DNA of 64,000 nucleotides, taken from contig JAFLZH010000004.1 in assembly GCA_029785615.1 (NCBI GenBank), positions 20,545-84,544 of the forward strand, read 5' to 3'. Positions 18,216 through 26,312 of the stretch are shown here, piece by piece. Under the pieces are notes generated by a model that was not told the DNA's origin, did not search any database, and worked only from the letters and a program-made list of their open reading frames with translations. The stretch is from Nitrososphaerota archaeon (GTDB lineage Archaea > Thermoproteota > Nitrososphaeria > Nitrososphaerales > Gagatemarchaeaceae). The translations under genes and the position numbers were made by a program. The first letter of the stretch is position 1; each line of letters opens with the position of its first letter.

Positions 18216-18653
18216 CTATTTCTCTTCCACGAAGTCTTGTATCGCCCTTAGCGTCTGGGGATTCTCGCGGAGGTACTCGGCGAGCCTTTCGAGCCGCCTC
18301 AGGGTGCTGGGATGCACGTGATGCTCTATCCCTTCAGTGTCGACGTATGCGGTCTGCTCATCTACCCCGAGCATGGAGATGAAACCAGAGATGACCCGGT
18401 GCCTCTTGATTACAGACTTCGCCACTTTCTCCCCGGCAGGTGTGAGGCTCATCCCTCGATACCTCTCGTGCTCGAGGAAGCCCTTCCGCGTGAGGTTCCG
18501 CACCATGCTGGACACCGTCGGCGGTCTCACCCCTAGCTTCTCGGAGACGTCAGCTGCGTTGACATACCCCTTCTCGGAGTTGAGGTTGTAGATTGCCTCC
18601 AGATAGTCCTCCAGCCGCGAGATGTCCCGCTTCGACTGCAGCAGCGCCGCCAT
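18216..18653 (-). CDS. mntR: DtxR/MntR-family metal-dependent repressor
   Basis: N-terminal wHTH (EDYLEAIYNL...GYVNAADVSEKLGVRPPTVSSMVRNL) plus the metal-binding/dimerisation domain. It is divergent from an NRAMP gene. Confidence 0.85.
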   Translation of the reverse strand: MAALLQSKRDISRLEDYLEAIYNLNSEKGYVNAADVSEKLGVRPPTVSSMVRNLTRKGFLEHERYRGMSLTPAGEKVAKSVIKRHRVISGFISMLGVDEQTAYVDTEGIEHHVHPSTLRRLERLAEYLRENPQTLRAIQDFVEEK

Positions 18654-18745
18654 GCCCGTGGGTCGGAACCCTGAGCTCCCGATAAAAAGATTCTCGGGTG
18701 CCCACGAGTTTCATGGATGGACATTTGTGAGGTGTGCTTAGTTTT

Positions 18746-18761
18746 GTTAGATTTATCTAAC
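18746..18761. promoter_or_regulatory. Candidate MntR/DtxR operator palindrome
   Basis: GTTAGAT-TT-ATCTAAC is a perfect 7+7 inverted repeat in the mntR-mntH divergent spacer. It is reminiscent of the GTTAG..CTAAC core of DtxR/IdeR boxes. Confidence 0.5.
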
Positions 18762-18793
18762 TTTAAGTAGCCACCACTCCGTCGACGCCGAGG

Positions 18794-20035
18794 ATGAGGT
18801 GGAGTTCAGCCCGCGAGTTCTTCGCCTACCTTGGGCCAGCGCTCATCGTGAGCATGGCCTACATGGATCCGGGGAACTATGGGACGGCCATTCAGAGTGG
18901 CGCTCTCTTCCGGAACGAGCTCGTCTGGACGGTTTGGATGGCCAGCCTCATGGCAATGGAGCTCCAGTACCTCTCGGGGAAGCTGGGAATCGCCACCGGG
19001 CGGAGCCTGATGGAGCTCCTGAGGGGGTCGTTGCACTCGAGGTACTACAGGCTCACGTACTGGCTGGCTGCCGAGGCCGCTGCGGCCGCTACCGACTTGG
19101 CCGAGTACCTAGGCACGGTCCTCGCTCTCAACATTCTCTTCGGCATCCCGCTGCTATACGCGGCGGTGCTGGGAGCATTCGACGTACTGATCATCCTCGC
19201 TTTCGCTTCGAGGAGGTTCAGGGTGATAGAGTATGCGTTCATGCTCTTCGTCTCTGTTATCAGCGTCGGCTTCCTCTATGAACTCTACGTCTTTGGTCCC
19301 AACCTGGCCGACATAGTCAGGCACACCTTCGTCCCGACGCTGAATAGGGAGAATATCCCCTTCGTGGTCGGGATAGTCGGGGCCACGGTCATGCCTCACG
19401 CGTTGTTCCTCCACTCGCATCTTACAAAGGAGAAACTCAAGGAGAGCACCCTCGAAGAGAAGAGGAGAGTGAGGAAGCTCCATCTGACCGAGTGCGTCGT
19501 CACTCTGACGGTGGCAGCGCTGGTGAATGCGGCCATACTGGTAGTCGCTGGAAAGGCTCTCTGTCCCGTGTATGGCTGCATCGGTAACACTGACATCAAC
19601 GCGCTGACGGTCACGGGGGCGGCGAAGGTAATGGACGGGCTCTACGGCCCGCTGGCTGGGATCGTATTCGGAGTGACGCTCCTGTCCTCTGGGATTGCGT
19701 CGTCCACCACGGGGACTCTGGCGGGCCAGGCGATTATGGAAGGGATGCTGGGGATGAAGATCAACCCCTACTTCAGGAGGATAGTCACCAGGGTCATCAA
19801 CGTGTTCCCCACGGTCGCGGCCATAGTCGCGGGCCTTAGCCCGCTTTCGCTCCTGGTGTACAGTCAAGTGATACTGAGCATCATGATCCCTCTCCCCATG
19901 GTTCCCCTGCTATACTACACAGCCAAGAAGGAGCTTATGGGCGAGTTCGTCAACAGGAAGTCCACCACCCTCATTGCCTTGGCCGTGGGGGGGACCATCC
20001 TGGCCCTGAACGTCTACCTGCTGCTCACTCTCTAG
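18794..20035 (+). CDS. mntH: NRAMP-family divalent metal (Mn2+/Fe2+) transporter
   Basis: The MAYMDPGNYGT motif, about 11 hydrophobic segments, 413 aa. Confidence 0.9.
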   Translation: MRWSSAREFFAYLGPALIVSMAYMDPGNYGTAIQSGALFRNELVWTVWMASLMAMELQYLSGKLGIATGRSLMELLRGSLHSRYYRLTYWLAAEAAAAATDLAEYLGTVLALNILFGIPLLYAAVLGAFDVLIILAFASRRFRVIEYAFMLFVSVISVGFLYELYVFGPNLADIVRHTFVPTLNRENIPFVVGIVGATVMPHALFLHSHLTKEKLKESTLEEKRRVRKLHLTECVVTLTVAALVNAAILVVAGKALCPVYGCIGNTDINALTVTGAAKVMDGLYGPLAGIVFGVTLLSSGIASSTTGTLAGQAIMEGMLGMKINPYFRRIVTRVINVFPTVAAIVAGLSPLSLLVYSQVILSIMIPLPMVPLLYYTAKKELMGEFVNRKSTTLIALAVGGTILALNVYLLLTL

Positions 20036-20516
20036 GCTGAGCGTCCAGGGAGGCCCGCTGTCTCCCCACCTCCCCCAGCTCGAAGGGGAAGACGATCCAC
20101 TCTGACACCGTCTCGAGGTAGTAGTCCGGCTCAGCCTTGCTCCAAGGCTTCTTGAACATCACGGCGGTCTCCAGCGACTTCGGCTTCTGGTCGCTGAGGT
20201 ACTTTTTGAGGAAGACCATGGTGTCGCCTTGGTCGACGAGGTCGTCGACGAGCAGCACGTCCTTGCCTTCGACCCCCTCCACGAGGGTGGAGAGAATCCG
20301 TGGGGCGGTCCGCTTGCCGATGTCGTTGTAGGACTTCACGTTCACAAAGTCTATCTTGACGTTCAGGTGGTCTGACACGACCATGGCCACGGGGATGCCC
20401 CCTCGGGCTATGCCAACGACGAGGTCGTAACGCTTCCCGTTGGCTCTGACCTTCTCGGCCAGGGCCTCGGCCAGGTTGCCGTACTCGGACCAGCTGATGT
20501 ACCTGAAGTTGGGCAT
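20025..20516 (-). CDS. Purine phosphoribosyltransferase (HGPRT/XPRT-like)
   Basis: PRPP-binding loop VLLVDDLVDQGDTM and the N-terminal ISWSEY...DLVVGIARGGIPVA. Confidence 0.8.
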   Translation of the reverse strand: MPNFRYISWSEYGNLAEALAEKVRANGKRYDLVVGIARGGIPVAMVVSDHLNVKIDFVNVKSYNDIGKRTAPRILSTLVEGVEGKDVLLVDDLVDQGDTMVFLKKYLSDQKPKSLETAVMFKKPWSKAEPDYYLETVSEWIVFPFELGEVGRQRASLDAQPRE

Positions 20517-20582
20517 CTGTGCCTAGGCGGGGCCTCTGGATAGATAACCGTTCGAGGTCGACTTTGCTGGGATTTGCTAATA

Positions 20583-20673
20583 TGGGCCGGGGCGGATTCG
20601 AACCACCGACCCTGGCGCGCGGAGCGTTTCGCCGTGTAAGGGCGACGTCCTAACCATGCTAGACGACCGGCCC
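20583..20673 (-). tRNA. tRNA-Val (anticodon UAC) with an insertion of about 16 nt between the anticodon arm and the T arm
   Basis: Minus-strand read: GGGCCGG TC GTCT AGCATGGTTA GGAC G TCGCC CTTACAC GGCGA [AACGCTCCGCGCGCCA] GGGTC GGTGG TTCGAAT CCGCC CCGGCCC A. All four stems pair. The extra block sits in a non-canonical intron position. Confidence 0.8.
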
Positions 20674-20765
20674 GTTTTCGTGCGAGTTTTCGACGTGTAA
20701 TAAGCTTGGAGCTTCGCGCCGGGAACTAGGTTTTAACGCCCTGGTCCGCGCCTCCAGGGGGATTC

Positions 20766-22043
20766 ATGGCAGTCAAGACAAACATCCTGGACGTCAGGGC
20801 GAGGCAGGTCCTAGATTCGCGCGGAAACCCCACCGTCGAGGCCGAGGTTGAGTCAGGCCGCGCCATGGGGAGGGCGAGCGTCCCCTCTGGGGCGTCGAAG
20901 GGGAGGCACGAAGCGCTCGAGCTCAGAGACGGGGGGGAGAGGTTCCATGGGATGGGCGTGGCGAAGGCGGTGGGCAACGTCAGAGGCGCGCTCCGCCGCG
21001 GCGTCGTGGGTCTTCGCGTCGACGACCAGCGGCGCCTGGACCACAAGATGATTTCGTTGGACGGCACTCCGGACAAGAGCAAGCTGGGAGCCAACGCGAT
21101 ACTTGCCGTCTCCATGGCTTCGGCGAAGGCAGCCGCCAACTCGAATGGAGTGAGCCTCTTCGTCCAGCTGAGGAAGTCAGGCCGGTACATTCTCCCCGTG
21201 CCCATGATGAACGTGATCAACGGCGGGGAGCACGCAGGCAACGACCTGGCTGTGCAGGAGTTCCTCATCGAACCGGTGGGGGCGTCGTCGTGCGCTGAGG
21301 CGATCAGGATGGGGTCGGAGGTCTACCACTCCCTGAAGGCGATCCTCGTGTCGGAGCATGGCAGGGGGGCCATCAATGTAGGCGACGAAGGCGGCTTCGC
21401 CCCCCCGTTCAGGCTTACACGCGAAGCCCTGGGGTCCATCCGCAAAGCCGTTTCAGCCTCCGGCTACAGCGAGAAGGAGGTCAAGCTGGGCATTGACGCT
21501 GCAGCTTCCACATTCTATGACGAGAAGAGCGGAAGGTACACGCTGGACGGCCATGCGATGAGCGGTGAAGCCCTCGAAGACCACTACGCCCGGCTGAGGG
21601 ACGAGTTCGGCCTGCTCACCATTGAGGACCCCTTCCATGAGGAGGCCTTCGACGACTTCGCATCGATCACGAAGAGACTGGGACGCAGCACCAAAGTCAT
21701 CGGGGACGACATCTATGTGACCAACGTTGCGAGGATAAAGTTGGGCATCGAGAAGAAGGCAACCAATGCCGTCCTGATCAAGCTGAACCAGATAGGCACA
21801 GTGTCCGAGACCGAGGATGCCATCGGCCTTGCCCGCGCGGCGGGGTGGACCCCCGTGGTCTCACACCGGTCAGGGGAGACCGAAGACCCGTTCATAGCGC
21901 ACCTGGCGACTGCTTTCGGGGCGGACTTCATCAAGACGGGTGCTCCCGCGAGGGGCGAGAGGGTGGCGAAGTACAACGAGCTACTGCGGATCGAGGAAGA
22001 GTTGAGGTCGAAGGCCGGGTACGCGGGACGAGAGCTGGGCTGA
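20766..22043 (+). CDS. eno: Enolase
   Basis: ILDSRGNPTVEAEV, GASKGRHEALELRDG, SHRSGETED and NQIGTVSET motifs. Confidence 0.97.
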   Translation: MAVKTNILDVRARQVLDSRGNPTVEAEVESGRAMGRASVPSGASKGRHEALELRDGGERFHGMGVAKAVGNVRGALRRGVVGLRVDDQRRLDHKMISLDGTPDKSKLGANAILAVSMASAKAAANSNGVSLFVQLRKSGRYILPVPMMNVINGGEHAGNDLAVQEFLIEPVGASSCAEAIRMGSEVYHSLKAILVSEHGRGAINVGDEGGFAPPFRLTREALGSIRKAVSASGYSEKEVKLGIDAAASTFYDEKSGRYTLDGHAMSGEALEDHYARLRDEFGLLTIEDPFHEEAFDDFASITKRLGRSTKVIGDDIYVTNVARIKLGIEKKATNAVLIKLNQIGTVSETEDAIGLARAAGWTPVVSHRSGETEDPFIAHLATAFGADFIKTGAPARGERVAKYNELLRIEEELRSKAGYAGRELG

Positions 22044-22115
22044 CCCTGTCGGCAGAAGCGAGCCGCTGAAAGAAGCCTCGTGGGGGCGTGGGTGATGGTC
22101 CCAAGGAGAGGAGAG

Positions 22116-22253
22116 CGCAGGGGGTGGGACTATCGCCCGCCTTAGGCGGGATTCGAACCCACGAGTCCCGTTAGAGACACAGGCTTAGCAAGCTTGCGCC
22201 CATCTGGCTGCGCCTTACCAGGCTCCCCGTCCAGGACTCTAGGCTACCCCTGC
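22116..22253 (-). tRNA. tRNA-Ser (anticodon GCU), apparently interrupted by three short non-canonical introns
   Basis: Acceptor GCAGGGG/CCCCTGC+G. The anticodon arm CAG[14 nt]GC TTGCTAA GCCTG becomes perfect only after the 14 nt are removed. Long variable arm GTCTC TAAC GGGAC. T arm GTGGG TTCGAAT [22 nt] CCCAC. There is also an extra block of about 16 nt in the D loop. The predicted mature length is 86 nt. Confidence 0.7.
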
Positions 22254-22281
22254 GCGAGGTGACCAGCGATTTCGGAGTGTT

Positions 22282-22286
22282 AAAAA
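22282..22286 (-). terminator. Oligo-T tract ending the SRP RNA
   Basis: The minus strand reads ...CTACCGCCGCTCACGTTTTTAAC immediately after the 3' strand of the terminal helix. Confidence 0.5.
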
Positions 22287-22293
22287 CGTGAGC

Positions 22294-22612
22294 GGCGGTA
22301 GATCCCCCGGAGCTCACCATCACTCTCCGCCCCCATCTCGTCGGGCCAGGGATCCCCCACGTAGACGAGGCAGCGTGGCCACGTCGCCATAGGGCTGCTC
22401 CCTCCCGGATCTCGCCCGGTTCGGCAATCAAGAGTCAGGCCCTCTCCTTCGAGAGGGCTGCCCCTCATGACCGCCCACCCCGGCGTGAGTTCGTCTCCCC
22501 AGCCCGGCGCGGGTGACGGGGAAGATGGCTTTACCCGAGGGTTGCTGGCCGCTGCATGAAGCCGGTTTCAGCACTCTGGGATACGGCTACCATCCCGGCC
22601 CTACCCACCGCC
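22294..22612 (-). ncRNA. ffs: Signal recognition particle 7S RNA
   Basis: The minus strand starts GGCGGTGGGTAGGGCC... and ends ...GGGGGATCTACCGCC, so the 5' and 3' ends pair. It contains the archaeal helix-8 signature GCCGAACCGGGCGAGATCCGGGAGGGAGCAGCCCTATGGCGACGTGGCC. Length is about 319 nt. Confidence 0.85.
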
Positions 22613-23557
22613 GAACGCCGTTGGTTGAGCGCGGCTTTTAACGTGTTCCTCCACTGCCGCCTTCATCCTGCATACGCCGCAAAGGCCGCTGGACGAGGGC
22701 TTCCCGCACTGTGCGCAGGGAACGGATTGCCTTTCCCGAGAGCCTGAGTAGTGGGAGATCACGTCGAGGCCGCTGCGCAGCATGACGTTCTTGAGCCCCG
22801 GGTGATTCGCCTCCATCATGTTGAGGTAGTCCCTGACCTCACTCCTGAGCCCTTCGTGCATGTAGGGGCAGCTCACGCTCTGCAATGGGACACCCACCTG
22901 GTGGGCGTAGAGGGCGACCTCCTCCTCGTACAGCTCCATGAAGGGTTTGACCCTCCTTACGGAGAACGAGCCGTCCGAGTGGTTTGGATCGAGCCATCCG
23001 AGTCGGGTGACGTCGCCGTGCATGAGGTTCATCATGAACGTCTGGACGAAGTCGTCGAGGTTGTGGGCCGTAGCCACCACCGACGCCCCGACCTTGAGCG
23101 CAGCCACATCGATGGCCCTTCGCCTGAAGACCCCGCAGAAGCTGCAGGAGGACGCTTCGCGCTCGCCCTTCCAGTCCAGGGCTTCATCCAGCGAGAACCC
23201 GAGCATCTCCTTGTATGAGACGACCAAGTGCTCGACGCCGAGCTCATTCGCAAGGGAATGGGCGTGCGACAGTGCCTCGTCCCTGTACCCGGCGACCCCC
23301 TCGTCCACCGAGACCGCCACCATGCTGTTCCTCTTCGGCGCGTAGAGCCCTGTCAGCACCTTGAGCAGCGAAAGGCTGTCCTTTCCACCAGAGACAGCGA
23401 CCGCTACCTTCTCCCGCGGCCGTATCATCTTGTACTTCGAGACGGTCCTGCGGGTCTTCTCCACGATGGAGTCGTTGAAGCATGAGACGCAAAGTACCTC
23501 GCCGGAGTAGCGTCTTGTGTAGAAGGGCTTCCCTCCGCAGCCCGAACATCCGCCCAT
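22601..23557 (-). CDS. PP-loop tRNA thiolation ATPase (NcsA/TtuA/TtcA family) with N- and C-terminal zinc fingers
   Basis: The true start is M141 of the tracked ORF (MGGCSGCGGKPF...CVSC). PP-loop AVAVSGGKDSLS; C-terminal CAQCGKPSSSGLCGVC. Confidence 0.85.
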   Translation of the reverse strand: MGGCSGCGGKPFYTRRYSGEVLCVSCFNDSIVEKTRRTVSKYKMIRPREKVAVAVSGGKDSLSLLKVLTGLYAPKRNSMVAVSVDEGVAGYRDEALSHAHSLANELGVEHLVVSYKEMLGFSLDEALDWKGEREASSCSFCGVFRRRAIDVAALKVGASVVATAHNLDDFVQTFMMNLMHGDVTRLGWLDPNHSDGSFSVRRVKPFMELYEEEVALYAHQVGVPLQSVSCPYMHEGLRSEVRDYLNMMEANHPGLKNVMLRSGLDVISHYSGSRERQSVPCAQCGKPSSSGLCGVCRMKAAVEEHVKSRAQPTAFGGG

Positions 23558-23629
23558 TCGACTGAAACCGGGGCGGCTTCGATTTAAGCTATCAACGCTT
23601 AAAGCGAGAACGCCCTCGGCGCCTTCGAG

Positions 23630-24910
23630 ATGGAGCAGGAGGGCTTCAAGAGGTTCGAACTTCACTATGGGGTCATACTGATGCTCAGGACGAGGAGGTT
23701 TCTCTCTGCCATGGACAGCATGGGGCGCAGTCGTATTTCCAAGCCCGTCAGCTGGGTCTTGCTCTACCTCATGCCAGTTTCGGCGGCGGTGGCGTTCTTC
23801 ATCTTCATCAGCGTGTTCAGGGGGCTGATCTCGTCGAGGGGCCCACAGATAGCCCAGAACATCGTGAGCCTCGGTCCTCTGGTCAACCTTGGGATACCGG
23901 GGCTGAACCCGTATATTCCAATCCTGTATGGATGGATTGCCCTGGTCATAGGGATGGTTGTGCACGAGGGCGCCCATGGGGTCATAGCCCGGAGTCTAGG
24001 CATCCCAGTGAAGAACTCGGGGCTCATCTTGCTCTTCTTCGTGATACCGATCGGCGCCTTCGTCGACATCGAGGAGTCGGCCATCAAGCAGGCGCCGAAG
24101 AGGCACTCGGCCAGGGTCCTTGCGGCGGGGGCAGGGACCAACATGGTGCTAGCGGTGCTCTGCCTGCTGCTGCTCGTTGGGATTGTCAGCACCATGTCCC
24201 CGGTGGCCAGCGGCGCTGGGATAACTGGGGTAGGCCAGGGGACACCAGCCTATGACAGTGGGGTGCACCCTGGAGACATAGTGACCGCCGTCAACGGGAA
24301 GCCGATAACCAACTTGGACATGGTACTGGGCCCGAACACGAGTCTGACCGCGGGGGAGTCGATCAACTTCACGATTTACAGGGACGGGCAGGTCATGGAG
24401 ATCAATAACATCAAGCTCGTCTGCTGCCAGCAAATCATAGACACGAGCACTAACCAGACGCTAGCGAGCTACCCCTACATCGGAGTGAACTCGGTCTCGG
24501 AGGGGAGCCTCCGCTCTGCGGTCTCCGGCTACACCGACATCTTCGGCAACCCCATTCTGTACATCGGATGCATCCCGACGCTCAACATAGGGAACTGCCA
24601 GCAGGCGGTGCCGTTCTCAAACTCCGACTCGGTGTTCTACACCTCTCCTTTGGGAGGCGCCCTCGTCCCCATTGCCAACGTGCTCTACTGGTTGTTCTTC
24701 CTCAACTTCAACCTCGCAATTTTCAACTCCCTTCCGATCTTCCCGCTTGACGGAGGCCAGGCCTTCGGGGTCGGGGTCGGGGCCCTGGGGAGAGGCCGCC
24801 TGTCCGAGGCAGGCGCCATGAGGATCACCATGGCGGCCACCATGGCAGTGCTGCTCTTCCTTCTCGCGATAATAGTCGGACCATACTTCTACGTGTACAT
24901 ATTCGGCTGA
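23630..24910 (+). CDS. Site-2 protease (M50 family) with an embedded PDZ domain
   Basis: HEGAHG zinc motif, PDZ-like GVHPGDIVTAVNGKPITN, NSLPIFPLDGG and multiple TM segments. Confidence 0.88.
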   Translation: MEQEGFKRFELHYGVILMLRTRRFLSAMDSMGRSRISKPVSWVLLYLMPVSAAVAFFIFISVFRGLISSRGPQIAQNIVSLGPLVNLGIPGLNPYIPILYGWIALVIGMVVHEGAHGVIARSLGIPVKNSGLILLFFVIPIGAFVDIEESAIKQAPKRHSARVLAAGAGTNMVLAVLCLLLLVGIVSTMSPVASGAGITGVGQGTPAYDSGVHPGDIVTAVNGKPITNLDMVLGPNTSLTAGESINFTIYRDGQVMEINNIKLVCCQQIIDTSTNQTLASYPYIGVNSVSEGSLRSAVSGYTDIFGNPILYIGCIPTLNIGNCQQAVPFSNSDSVFYTSPLGGALVPIANVLYWLFFLNFNLAIFNSLPIFPLDGGQAFGVGVGALGRGRLSEAGAMRITMAATMAVLLFLLAIIVGPYFYVYIFG

Positions 24911-24991
24911 TGCCTTGTAGGAGGGCGGCAGGGTGTCGCCAAGTGACGGCGAGGGGTGGCGCGTTAAATACGAAATTCCAGTAATCTCCTG

Positions 24992-25258
24992 ATGTCAAGC
25001 ATCCAGCCTCCGGGCGGGATCGAATCCCAGATACAACAGTTTGCTCAGCAGTTCACTTCGTCCATGACTTTCCTCCTTTCGGTCGTCGACACAACGGTGA
25101 TTGACCTGATGCGGATCGTCTACGTCTCGCTCCTCGTGGTCGGCATCCTCCTATACTACTCCCATGTCGCCCAGAGGCTGGGGAAGGACCTGATCAAGGG
25201 GGGCGTCGCGCTGGCGATAATCTCCGAGTTCGTGGTCCCGTGGCTCGTCAAGCTCTGA
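24992..25258 (+). CDS. Small membrane protein, hypothetical
   Basis: 88 aa with two hydrophobic helices (RIVYVSLLVVGILLYY, GGVALAIISEFVVPWLV). Confidence 0.4.
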   Translation: MSSIQPPGGIESQIQQFAQQFTSSMTFLLSVVDTTVIDLMRIVYVSLLVVGILLYYSHVAQRLGKDLIKGGVALAIISEFVVPWLVKL

Positions 25259-26303
25259 GGGCGTACCTGAGGAGGGCGGCGATGCCCCCGAACGAAGAGA
25301 CCTGCTTGCCGAACTCCATCGAGGAGTCGGCAAGGAACACCTTTCCGCCCTTCGCCTCTATCTCGTTCAGGGCGCCGACCAGCTGAGACTCATCCACCCC
25401 GAGCGAGAAGACGTCGTCCGAGACCGCGCACGCTTCCACGGCCCCCGCTGCGGCGGCTTTTGCCACCCTCGGGAGTGCGTAGGCAACCTTCGGGTCTCCC
25501 ATGGAAATCCTCTTCACGATTTCACTCACAAGCTGCTGCATTTCAACGGCCACTGACCCCTTGGCCAGGGCCTGGAAGGGCGGTGACTTGATCATGGCCC
25601 TAATGCCGTCTCCTCCCGTCAGGTCAGGGCCATCGACCACCCTCACATCCTCGGACTTCAGAGCCTCATTGATCTGGTTCGCCACCGAGTTCTTGAAGTT
25701 GCCAGGGCCTGCCACGATCACCCTGTCCCCATGCTGAGACAACTGAGAGACGGCCTCAGCCACCTTGGAGAGATAAGGACGGGGGCTGCGCTCCTCCCCC
25801 ATCTTCCCACCCAGGCCCGACTCGATGGTAGTGACGACCGAAAGATGCGAGCCGCTGAGGAGGCCGATTCCCGCCTCGCGTCTGTCGACGGCCACCAGGA
25901 CGAACCTGGAGTACGACGGCCCGGAGGAGCGGACCAGCTGGATGTCGAGCTGCGACCAGTGGTTCTTCCTGAGCGTCATGGAGTGGCCCGGAGACAGTGT
26001 GACCGAATGCGAGCCCACCTTCGTCACGCTTTCGTCGCTGGCTTCGATGATTGTCCCCTTCACCCTGATCCTCTCGATGCTGCTGTCCAGGTGGACCTCG
26101 TCCACCGCCAGCGCCAGGGTGACCTTGACACGCTCCCCCTTGTCCGGCCTGGAATACTCCTCTTCCCTCTTGACCACCCGGGACCCCCTCGTGACCACCA
26201 CGTCCCCCTTCGCGATGAGCCGTCTCATGGTCCAGAGATCCTCTGCCGACTCTATTGTAAGTGAACAGTAACCGTGCTTGGGGTTGAAGTCGCTGACTTT
26301 CAA
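25248..26303 (-). CDS. pelA: Pelota (mRNA surveillance / ribosome rescue factor)
   Basis: 351 aa. The N-terminal pattern LTIESAEDLWTMRRLI and the eRF1-like central and C-terminal domains are typical of archaeal Pelota. Confidence 0.85.
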   Translation of the reverse strand: MKVSDFNPKHGYCSLTIESAEDLWTMRRLIAKGDVVVTRGSRVVKREEEYSRPDKGERVKVTLALAVDEVHLDSSIERIRVKGTIIEASDESVTKVGSHSVTLSPGHSMTLRKNHWSQLDIQLVRSSGPSYSRFVLVAVDRREAGIGLLSGSHLSVVTTIESGLGGKMGEERSPRPYLSKVAEAVSQLSQHGDRVIVAGPGNFKNSVANQINEALKSEDVRVVDGPDLTGGDGIRAMIKSPPFQALAKGSVAVEMQQLVSEIVKRISMGDPKVAYALPRVAKAAAAGAVEACAVSDDVFSLGVDESQLVGALNEIEAKGGKVFLADSSMEFGKQVSSFGGIAALLRYALRA

Positions 26304-26312
26304 CGGACCAGG

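Noticed and set aside
22171-22747. ORFs 22171-22431, 22280-22468 and 22556-22747.
   Set aside because: They are explained by the SRP RNA and tRNA-Ser genes on the minus strand.
23558-23977. A 140-aa N-terminal extension of the tRNA-thiolation ORF (tracked as 22601-23977).
   Set aside because: The extension is low-complexity (His/Arg/Pro/Glu-rich) and runs antisense into the S2P protease gene. The family's N-terminal CxxC...CxxC finger begins at M141 (23557).
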